From Planctomycetota bacterium (GTDB lineage Bacteria > Planctomycetota > GCA-002687715 > DRQF01), in contig JAZGFI010000136.1 of NCBI GenBank assembly GCA_036479435.1, positions 1-50,057 on the forward strand: DNA of 50,057 nt. The letters are read 5' to 3'. The position numbers and the translations under genes are program-made. The notes below the pieces were generated by a model, which saw only the letters and a list, made by a program, of their open reading frames with translations, had not been told where the DNA came from and did not search any database. This document shows positions 8,697-16,460 of the stretch, in pieces; positions within the stretch are counted from its first letter, which is position 1; every line of letters starts with the position of its first letter.

Positions 8697-10292
8697 ATGT
8701 CTAGACCAGCCCTCCTGCTAATGGCCTTTTTGTTCACCTCAACGCCCCTGATCGCCCAAAACGGCTCCGAAACCCTCGGTCGGCGTGAAATCGAGGCTTT
8801 GGTCGACTTTGACTTTGAAGTCGAAGACATCGCCGCCTTGGTGTCCCAAAAAAAGGCGAGGATCCAGCTCGACGCCTTCGACATCAAATACTTCAAGAAG
8901 AAGGGGGTCTCCCCCAAACTCTTGAAGTGGCTCGAAACTCAGCGAAGCGAGAATCCCAGCCAAGAGCTGGCGGCCGCAGAGGTCGTCGCCTTGTGGAAGG
9001 CCAAGAGCGACGAGAATTCGCTGACGAAGATTATCAAGCAGCGCGGGTTCGACGGTAAACTGGGCATCGACGAAGTCTTGATCTTAACCAAGGCGAAAGT
9101 TCCGACTTCCGTGTTGGCTCTGATCAGAACCTTTAAACCCCAAAAGTCCGCAGCGGACTCCGTTCTCCCTGCGGCCAACGGCACCTTCGACCGCAACGAT
9201 GTCCTCAAGATGGTGGCAGGTGGCACGAGCTCCAAAGAGATCATCGCCGCGATCAAAAGCGCCGATGCGAAATTCGACTTGGATCCAGCTGGCGTCTTAC
9301 AACTGAGAAACGACGGGGTTCCCATGGAGGTCATGCGGGAAATGTACGCTCGCCGCCTCATGAGCAAAAAGCCTGCGACTTCGACCGCGATGACCGATTC
9401 GCAACCGACGTCCCGGCCCGGTAACGCGAACGAAACCAAAGTCGCAAGCTCAACCGTCGACAAAAGCCTTGAATTGTTCCGACCCCGCGACAGTCGATTC
9501 TCAATCCTAGCCCCCAGGGCTTTTGTTCGTAGCGAAGAGTTCGCCGGGCGCAAAGCTCTGGTACAAATGGTCGAGCCCAGCTCCAGCCATGCTGAAGACC
9601 TGCCGGCCCTAGAGCTCTCCATTCTCACGGTAAAACCGCGCGAAGGTGAGTCCGATCGCCTCTCGGCCGCCAATCTCACTGCCGTGGCCCAACGCTTCAT
9701 CGCAGACCTCGAGAAAAACTTCGCCAAAGACGGCGTCAAGATGACGAGCCGCCCCGCGACTCGCATTTGGCTTTCGGGCCAACGCGCCGCTCGAATCGAA
9801 ACGAGTTCGATAACTGCCGAAGGAAGAAGCTACCGCGGCGCACACTTGGTCATGTTCGGGGCTGGCCGAGTTCACGTCGTTTCTTACAGCGTGAGCGCAG
9901 AACTCGTCAGCACTTGGCGCGCGGTCTTAGAGAACTGCGCCCGTAGCCTCAGCGTTCGTGGCGCCGAATCAGCCGCATCCGTCGCGGCCCCCGAGGCCAG
10001 CGATCGCGAAGCCTTGAAGACCCTCTTTGAGAACTGGAAAAAGTCCATCACGCGCTTCGACTACGATCTCTACCGTCGACTCCATGGTAGCGACGGAAGC
10101 GAACAGAGCGAGCGTGAGCAGTTCTTGGCTCTGGCACACAGCCTGGCTCGAGACAAAAAACGCATTGAACTCGACGTCTTGGATCTCGACAGCAAAAGCC
10201 TGAGCTACAAGATCTTCGGTTTGGACGGCGCCATCCGCGGCGAGCTCAGATTCGCCAAAGTCGCAAGCGGCTGGAGACTCAAGCAGAGTTAA
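8697..10292 (+). CDS. Secreted multidomain hypothetical protein (three helical repeats, PsbP/DcrB-like domain, NTF2-like C-terminus)
   Basis: Signal peptide ending in AQ; 531-aa ORF followed by a terminator. Domain guesses come from sequence pattern only. Confidence 0.7.
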   Translation: MSRPALLLMAFLFTSTPLIAQNGSETLGRREIEALVDFDFEVEDIAALVSQKKARIQLDAFDIKYFKKKGVSPKLLKWLETQRSENPSQELAAAEVVALWKAKSDENSLTKIIKQRGFDGKLGIDEVLILTKAKVPTSVLALIRTFKPQKSAADSVLPAANGTFDRNDVLKMVAGGTSSKEIIAAIKSADAKFDLDPAGVLQLRNDGVPMEVMREMYARRLMSKKPATSTAMTDSQPTSRPGNANETKVASSTVDKSLELFRPRDSRFSILAPRAFVRSEEFAGRKALVQMVEPSSSHAEDLPALELSILTVKPREGESDRLSAANLTAVAQRFIADLEKNFAKDGVKMTSRPATRIWLSGQRAARIETSSITAEGRSYRGAHLVMFGAGRVHVVSYSVSAELVSTWRAVLENCARSLSVRGAESAASVAAPEASDREALKTLFENWKKSITRFDYDLYRRLHGSDGSEQSEREQFLALAHSLARDKKRIELDVLDLDSKSLSYKIFGLDGAIRGELRFAKVASGWRLKQS

Positions 10293-10326
10293 TCTGCCCA
10301 GCTCAGTCGCTCCCCCCCAAATCTCG

Positions 10327-10360
10327 AAGCCGGGTCGGCGCTTAAGCGCCACCCGGCTTT
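10327..10360 (+). terminator. Probable intrinsic terminator
   Basis: AAGCCGGGT-C-GGCGC-TTAA-GCGCC-ACCCGGCTTT hairpin about 35 nt after the stop at 10292. Confidence 0.65.
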
Positions 10361-10724
10361 CTCATGCCCCCCTGGCGATGGAATTCGCGACGCCACGGCG
10401 TTTGCGGGGTATTGCCGCGCGGAAAAATCTTCCTCTCGACGGCCCCAAGTCGCGGTCGCATCATTACCCTTCTCTCCCGAACATCTTCGTTGACAACAAC
10501 TTAGCATCAAGCGTTGGATTATCCGACGAATAGACTCCAGAGACTCGGCAGCAGGCACGATATCTGGAAGGTCGCGTATTGGGCATAGAGGGGCCCGGAT
10601 GCGACGCCAGAGAGAGGAAGAACGGAATCCACTTGGGTTTCGTGGGAATAGAATCGCTCAACTGAGCGGCACCAACCAATGACCTGTCTGTTGAAGGAAG
10701 GTCATTGGAGAATATGAGGGAAAA

Positions 10725-11546
10725 ATGGGCCTCCGAATTAACACTAACTTGTTCTCGATCAACGCGCAGCGGAACCTCGGGAACGCCACCAACCAGCTCG
10801 GTGGTTCGTTCCGCAAGCTGTCGACGGGACTTCGTATCACCAGCGCTGCCGACGACGCCGCCGGCCTCGCTATCTCCGAGCGCTTGCGCGCTCAAACCAG
10901 AAGCCTTGAACAGGCGGGTCGCAATGCCAACGATGGCATCTCGGTAATCCAAACGGCGGAAGGGTCGCTTGACGAAGTCAGCGGCATCCTCAATCGCTTG
11001 CGTGAACTTTCGATTCAGTCCGCTAACGGAACTTTGTCGAATACCGACCGCGACACGCTACAAGAAGAGTTCTCGGCGCTCGTCAATGAAGTTGACCGCA
11101 TTGCAAGTGCGACGACTTTCAACGGCACCGACATTCTCTCCACGACCACCAACATCACTTTCCAGGTTGGTTCCGGCATCACGTCGGCCGACACAATCGA
11201 CGTCACGATCAACGCGACAGGGTCAACCGACCTCGGGATTGCCACGTTGAGCATCGGTTCTGGCGGCGACTCCAGTGCGGCCATCACGGCGATTGACTCG
11301 GCCATCGGCTCGGTCAGCAGCACTCGCGGTCAGCTCGGTGCGGTCCAAAACCGCCTCGAGTCCACGATCCGCAACCTCTCGGTTCAGACCGAAAACCTCT
11401 CGGCCGCCGAGTCACGGATTCGTGACGTTGACGTCGCCAAAGAGACCGCGAACTTGACCAAAAACAGCATCCTCCAGCAGGCCGCCTTGAGTATTCTCGG
11501 TCAGGCTAACCTTCAGCCGCAGTCGGCGCTTTCGCTCCTCGGCTAA
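10725..11546 (+). CDS. fliC: Flagellin (short 273 aa, little or no D2/D3 region)
   Basis: MGLRINTN, KLSTGLRITSAADDAAGLAISE, NANDGISVIQTAEG, RLRELSIQSANGT, RGQLGAVQNRLE, AAESRIRDVDVAKE, QANLQPQSALSLLG. Confidence 0.98.
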   Translation: MGLRINTNLFSINAQRNLGNATNQLGGSFRKLSTGLRITSAADDAAGLAISERLRAQTRSLEQAGRNANDGISVIQTAEGSLDEVSGILNRLRELSIQSANGTLSNTDRDTLQEEFSALVNEVDRIASATTFNGTDILSTTTNITFQVGSGITSADTIDVTINATGSTDLGIATLSIGSGGDSSAAITAIDSAIGSVSSTRGQLGAVQNRLESTIRNLSVQTENLSAAESRIRDVDVAKETANLTKNSILQQAALSILGQANLQPQSALSLLG

Positions 11547-11583
11547 ATCCCGAGCTAAGCGCTCGTCGGCACTCTTCGATCAT

Positions 11584-11624
11584 GGCTCCGCCGTCCTCTC
11601 GTCAAGGACTGCGGGGCCTTTTTT
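11584..11624 (+). terminator. Intrinsic terminator of the flagellin gene
   Basis: GGCTCCGC-CGTCCT...AGGAC-TGCGGGGCC stem followed by TTTTTT. Confidence 0.8.
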
Positions 11625-11644
11625 CGTTGCGATAAAACCAGCGC

Positions 11645-12133
11645 TTAGAGGTGGCGTCGCCAGTAGTAGAAAACGCCGCCAACTGCGGCAATTCCAGAAA
11701 CAAGCCATAGCACGTACTTGAAGGATTCGTCCTCCACATCGTCGTTTTTGACGAAGCTATTTCGTCGGCTCGAGGCTTCTTCGTAGTCGTCGATATACGA
11801 CGACTCTTGCGGCGACAAAGAACGCCCCATCGGGTTCTTCAAGCGTGAAAGCCGGCGCTCTTTGAGTTCGGCGTACTCGGAGGTCGTGAGGACCTTCGCC
11901 CCTTCCTCAGACATCTTCGCAGCCATCACGGGGTCGACGACGAGTGCCGAGTAGTCCTTTTTGCGGATCGAGACTTTTGATCTCATCTTGGACGTATACC
12001 GTGGGACTTTACCCTGCAGCGGAGCTCGTTTGGACTTGGTTCCTGAAGTAGTCTGTTGCTCCTGCGCGACCAAGCCGCTTGACGAAAGTCCGATGGCAAG
12101 CGCCAGCGCGCTCAAAAATGTCAGTGTTTTCAT
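11645..12133 (-). CDS. Exported protein with a C-terminal membrane anchor
   Basis: Signal peptide MKTLTFLSALALAIGLSSSGLVAQ; C-terminal TM YVLWLVSGIAAVGGVFYYW followed by the basic tail RRHL. Confidence 0.8.
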   Translation of the reverse strand: MKTLTFLSALALAIGLSSSGLVAQEQQTTSGTKSKRAPLQGKVPRYTSKMRSKVSIRKKDYSALVVDPVMAAKMSEEGAKVLTTSEYAELKERRLSRLKNPMGRSLSPQESSYIDDYEEASSRRNSFVKNDDVEDESFKYVLWLVSGIAAVGGVFYYWRRHL

Positions 12134-12252
12134 TATCTATCTTTCTGCCCTTGATGCAATTCTTGGAGAGTCACTGTGGCTGATCTTCAGCCCTCGCCTT
12201 TTGACTGCGCGACGTCGGTCAATCCGCTGGTGCTCTAAGATGATATTGGGGT

Positions 12253-14250
12253 TCATTCAATGACAACCGCGACGCCGTAGTTCAGATCGAAATGGGCATT
12301 TGGCAAGTCATCGCGAGTCCGCATGACGCGGATGCTCTCGAAAGCCTTCGGCAAGTAGTAGCCGAAGTTGTCGCCTCCTCCGATTAGACGGGCGTCGTGG
12401 TTCATGTTCACGCTGTCTGCTCGGTAGATCAAAGACTCGTTGCGGGAGACGATACAGCCGTTGAAATCGATGTTGCTACCCGAGTTGTTCATGAGACCAG
12501 CCAGGGTGTGGTTGGTGTACATGGCCGCGTCGAAGCGCGCCAGCTGGGTAGAGGATATGTCAGCGAAGTCCGAAGCACCGCCCGGAAGATTCCCGCCCCA
12601 CATGCCGGAATCCAAGGCGTGAGGAATCTCGAAATCGGCCATCGTTACGGTACCGTCATGAATCCCATCTCCATCGATGTCTTCACCAGATCCGGGGATG
12701 GTGTCCCCGATCGCCGATCCATCAGGAATTAGGCCGAGGGCTTCGTGTACGGAGGTGTATTCCTCAACATCCCAGTGCCCGTTGCCTTCCAAAAAGTCGT
12801 CATCTTCATTGCCTGCGACACCGTCGATACCCGCGACCGTGTTCGGAATGCCGTCTTCGCCCGCGTCTTCATTGGAAGCATTGTCAGGATTGCCAAGCCA
12901 GCTCGAGACTTTAGAAACGAATTCTGAGTCCGTGTAGTCACCGAGCACGATGTGTTCGCGCGCGAAGAGTCCCAAGGCATCGGCACCCGCGTTGGCCGCC
13001 GTCCAAGTCTCGAACTCGAGTTCAGAACTGCCAGCCGGGCGATTCGTGGTGGGCGGGTTTAGGTAGGTAACATCGTCAGCAACATAGACATTGCCACCGG
13101 AGTAGATGACACCCTGCCCCGAAACGACACCTGAGATAATCACAGATCCACGTACAACCACCGTTCCATTCAATTCAATGGGGTCGGCCGCCGTTCCGAT
13201 GAGCACGATGTCTTGAAGTTCAGAGACGTCATCTCCGAACACGGAGTCCATCACTTGAACGCCGCCGATACTGACCGACGAACCCTGCGAGTTGGCGTAG
13301 TTTTCGTAGAGAGTCAAGTCCGTCAAATTCGGCATCGAAACCCGCTCGACATACTCATGCTGGTTGACGTAGTCTCCGCTGGCTTGGGTTTCGACCATTC
13401 CCTGCATGCTAGTGCTGCCGAGGATGTCCCAACCGGCGTAAACTCCACCGTCCGACCCGTCGCGCACGCCGTCATTGTTGTCGTCGAGATAACCGTAAAG
13501 GTCGGTGCCGTTGGCTCCCAAGTAACGCGGCGTTCCGTTGATGGTTGGGCTGTAACCTCCAGCGTCGAACTGGCCGTTCGATCGCACGCTTCCGTTGGCG
13601 TTGATCGTGTTGCCGTAGAACCAGCCCCAGTTGTTGATGAAGTAGGCGTAGTCAAAGACGTCCGAGGAGGTCATCTCGACAAGAATGGTGGTTTCAATCG
13701 TGTGACTGACGACATCGGGCGAGTCTTTTGAAGGTGAGTAGCCCGTTGAGCGAATCGTCAAGAAACGTCGAGTGGTCGAAAGTGCACCCGGATTCAGAGG
13801 ATCGTAGCCCTCGATATGAATGCTCACATCAAAAGTCCCGATAGGAGTGATGCCGGCGTCAATGAGATCGGCACGACCGTCGATAGGCTCGCCGCTGATA
13901 TCGAGCAAGGGCTCTTGGTTTGGCGGCGGCGTCGAAGAGCCCATCTTGATTGAATTATTGTAGGTTTTTTTGTTGTGGAAGGCCTCAATTGCCGAGTAAG
14001 GATCGGTCAAGACCGCCGTTCTGGTCATCGCCTTGACGTCGTAGATTTGCAATTCCAGCCCGGCTTTGGCCGCGTAATAGGCTTGGACCTTGCGCGTCTC
14101 GCGCCGGGCCTCGGTCATGTTGTTCGTCGACAACGCAAGCGTCGCGCCGATCAAACCTACTGCCAGCACGAGCGAAATCGGCACCAGTACTAGAACTGAT
14201 CCTCTCTCGCTTCCCGCTAGGTCTTCTTTGTCTTGTGGCTTTTGCATCAT
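12253..14250 (-). CDS. Large PilX/GspK-like pilin-fold protein with an acidic Ca-binding-like C-terminal domain
   Basis: Class III-like leader ERG|SVLVLVPISLVLAVGL lacking E5; QAYYAAKAGLE (PilX_N pattern); IRSTGY. DxDxDG-type motifs DDNNDGVRDG and GEDIDGDGIHDG. GGAG RBS. Confidence 0.8.
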   Translation of the reverse strand: MMQKPQDKEDLAGSERGSVLVLVPISLVLAVGLIGATLALSTNNMTEARRETRKVQAYYAAKAGLELQIYDVKAMTRTAVLTDPYSAIEAFHNKKTYNNSIKMGSSTPPPNQEPLLDISGEPIDGRADLIDAGITPIGTFDVSIHIEGYDPLNPGALSTTRRFLTIRSTGYSPSKDSPDVVSHTIETTILVEMTSSDVFDYAYFINNWGWFYGNTINANGSVRSNGQFDAGGYSPTINGTPRYLGANGTDLYGYLDDNNDGVRDGSDGGVYAGWDILGSTSMQGMVETQASGDYVNQHEYVERVSMPNLTDLTLYENYANSQGSSVSIGGVQVMDSVFGDDVSELQDIVLIGTAADPIELNGTVVVRGSVIISGVVSGQGVIYSGGNVYVADDVTYLNPPTTNRPAGSSELEFETWTAANAGADALGLFAREHIVLGDYTDSEFVSKVSSWLGNPDNASNEDAGEDGIPNTVAGIDGVAGNEDDDFLEGNGHWDVEEYTSVHEALGLIPDGSAIGDTIPGSGEDIDGDGIHDGTVTMADFEIPHALDSGMWGGNLPGGASDFADISSTQLARFDAAMYTNHTLAGLMNNSGSNIDFNGCIVSRNESLIYRADSVNMNHDARLIGGGDNFGYYLPKAFESIRVMRTRDDLPNAHFDLNYGVAVVIE

Positions 14251-14333
14251 GTTTTTCTCCCGTCTTAAACCGGGATCTCCCCCTGAGCTTGGTCTTGGTT
14301 TTTTAGTCCAGCGTTGACGCCGACGACCAAACC

Positions 14334-14939
14334 CTAGAAATCGAAAATTGGTTCCACACGAATCATCGTGCTGATATTGCGTGCGTTGGCCGACGACCCG
14401 CCCGGGGCCGCGACCTGAAGCGTCAAGGCCAACAAGTTTTTGTTCTCAATCCAAGTAACGGCGACGGGAACTTGAGCCCCATCGTCGACCAAGTCGTCGA
14501 CGAGGACCGTCCTGGTTGCATCAGATCGCACGCCGCTGATAAGAATGTAGCGGGCGATCTCGTCGCCCTCGACGTAGTAGCCCACCGTAGCATCCACTTG
14601 TTCATCGCCGCCCCAAGTCACCGATCCAGTCGCATAATCGAATTCGACAGGAGTTTGAAACTCCAAGAACGGTGATGAGCCGCTGCCGAGAAAAGTCGAT
14701 GGCGATCCAACCGTAATGCTGTCGGGGCGTGCGCTACGAATCTCTTTGCGGACTTCCTTGAGGCCGCCGCGCAAAGTTCCCGTCGCTTTGTGCTCAAGAA
14801 TGGACCCGTTGAAGGACTCGATGGATGTGCGTTGCGAAGCAAAGAGCGTTCCAGCCACGAGAACCCCGAGGACCATGGCCCACGACAGTTCCACGAGGGT
14901 TGTCCCACGCTGTTGCTCTATAGTTTTTGTGGTTTTCAT
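14334..14939 (-). CDS. Type IV prepilin-like minor pilin (PilW/GspJ-like)
   Basis: QRG|TTLVEL followed by a hydrophobic helix; later EVRKEIRSA pattern. Confidence 0.8.
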   Translation of the reverse strand: MKTTKTIEQQRGTTLVELSWAMVLGVLVAGTLFASQRTSIESFNGSILEHKATGTLRGGLKEVRKEIRSARPDSITVGSPSTFLGSGSSPFLEFQTPVEFDYATGSVTWGGDEQVDATVGYYVEGDEIARYILISGVRSDATRTVLVDDLVDDGAQVPVAVTWIENKNLLALTLQVAAPGGSSANARNISTMIRVEPIFDF

Positions 14940-14948
14940 TGGGCAGGC

Positions 14949-15344
14949 CTAACTCAACAACAAGGATTCGTCTTTGATCGTCTTCAGCGTCATCAACTCG
15001 ACGTCCGGCACGGAATCGAGTTCGTTCGTCGTTGACACCGTGACGTGGATCGCCAGCAAGTCCGTTTGGACCTGCACGACCTGGATCGTGAAAGTCCATT
15101 TGTCGATCATCTGCACCACCGTTAAGCCGGCGTAAACCGCCAGCTCTTCGAATTCAAGCGACTCAATCTGCGCCATCATGGAAGCACACACCGCCTGACT
15201 TCGGGTCTCTTCAAAGGCATCGCGGTCTTGTTTGGTCGAGGTCGTAAAACTCGCCATCACTCCCAGCATTAAGACTGCGGCGGATGCGATAGCGATCGAG
15301 ACCTCGATCAAAGAAGTACCTTCTTCGTTTTGCATTTCTTGCAC
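14949..15344 (-). CDS. Type IV prepilin-like minor pilin (PilV/GspI-like)
   Basis: EEG|TSLIEVSIAIASAAVLMLGVM; 131 aa; start may be ATG 15335. Confidence 0.8.
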   Translation of the reverse strand: MQEMQNEEGTSLIEVSIAIASAAVLMLGVMASFTTSTKQDRDAFEETRSQAVCASMMAQIESLEFEELAVYAGLTVVQMIDKWTFTIQVVQVQTDLLAIHVTVSTTNELDSVPDVELMTLKTIKDESLLLS

Positions 15345-15444
15345 GGCTAAGCTCTTTTCGAGTCATTGGCGTTAAACTGTCAGCGGGTGCGCCGGGGTAT
15401 TCGGCCTCCTCCGCCACGGGAAGACTACTCCGGGCTTTGGGGGG

Positions 15445-15471
15445 AGGTCGGCACAAAGGCGGCTGAATTTA
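15445..15471 (-). promoter_or_regulatory. Candidate sigma28 (FliA-type) promoter for the minor pilin cassette
   Basis: On the - strand TAAA-ttcagccgcctttgt(15)-GCCGACCT, compared with the consensus TAAA-N15-GCCGATAA; about 100 nt upstream of the first pilin. Confidence 0.55.
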
Positions 15472-15474
15472 GAT

Positions 15475-15933
15475 TCAGCGAGGAACAATGACTCGAAGGA
15501 GCGCGTCGATACTGAACCGCGAGTTCGGCAAACCCAACAGCGCAAGGGCGGCAGCGGCGGCGATGAGGCGCAACCCGAGGGCCGCCCCATCGACAATGAG
15601 ATCCGAGTCAGGACCAAAGCAACCGCAAGCGGCGGCTTGGCCCGAGAGCAATAGCCACGCGATGACTGCGGCAAACAAGGCGTACAAACCAAAAGTTAGC
15701 CAAGTTGCGGCGCGCGTCCAAAACCCAAGCACTAAGGCCAAGCCCACAACAAGCTCAAGACCTGGGAAGGCCGTCGCGACGACACCGGCGCTCGCCTCGG
15801 GCACCAACTCCATCTGCCCAAACTTCTCAAACCACCAATCAAAAGCCCGCAACTTCTCCCAACCGGCCCACAGTAAGGGGAAGCCTAGCGCCAAACGCCC
15901 CACCAAGGCCAAGGATGCGGTCAGCACTTTCAT
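15475..15933 (-). CDS. MauE/DoxX-family membrane protein
   Basis: RLALG..LLWAGWEK, PGLELVVGLALVLG, CGCFG motif. ATG 15933 overlaps the rhodanese stop (ATGA). Confidence 0.88.
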   Translation of the reverse strand: MKVLTASLALVGRLALGFPLLWAGWEKLRAFDWWFEKFGQMELVPEASAGVVATAFPGLELVVGLALVLGFWTRAATWLTFGLYALFAAVIAWLLLSGQAAACGCFGPDSDLIVDGAALGLRLIAAAAALALLGLPNSRFSIDALLRVIVPR

Positions 15934-16460
15934 CGCCGACTCGCCTTGATGACGACGTCCATATCCCAGCCGACAACGAGCGGAAGCCCTGCTTTTCGCC
16001 AAGCCTCCATCCCGCCTTGCAGGGCCCGAGCGCCCTGAACACCAGCCAGCCGAAAGTCCGCCGCTTTGCGACGGGCGCGAAAATCCAGGGGATGCGAATC
16101 CACGACGATGACGGGGCCAGAGTGCGGCAGCCAGTTACGGACGATGCGGGTGAGGTCGTTGGAGTCTCGATCCCGAACTGCCAGCGCTCCAGGAATGTGT
16201 CCGTTCACAAAGTCATGGCCGGAGCGAGCATCGACCACCATGCAACGACCGGATTCGAGCATCTGGCGAAACTCGGCGAGCTCGACGTCCGGAGCGCGGT
16301 AGATGGAAGAGATCGAATCTTTATTGCGATGCGGCGGCTTGCGGGGTCGTAGTCCCTCGGGATTGAAGCCAAAACCCAACAGCGTACCCGCGACGAGCAG
16401 CAAGCCCATTTGGGCCATCAATCCGAGGCGGCTGCGATTGTCGTCAGGCGTTTCCGTCAT
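15930..16460 (-). CDS. Membrane-anchored rhodanese-like domain protein
   Basis: N-terminal TM; VVDARSGHDFVNGHIPGA and LQGGMEAWRKAGLP; no Cys at the usual active-site loop (VIVVDSH). Confidence 0.85.
   Translation of the reverse strand: MTETPDDNRSRLGLMAQMGLLLVAGTLLGFGFNPEGLRPRKPPHRNKDSISSIYRAPDVELAEFRQMLESGRCMVVDARSGHDFVNGHIPGALAVRDRDSNDLTRIVRNWLPHSGPVIVVDSHPLDFRARRKAADFRLAGVQGARALQGGMEAWRKAGLPLVVGWDMDVVIKASRR

Noticed and set aside
10361..10500. c-di-GMP riboswitch upstream of flagellin
   Set aside because: GC-rich hairpins are present, but I could not find the class I GCAAA/GNRA/GCAAAG signature or a class II core.
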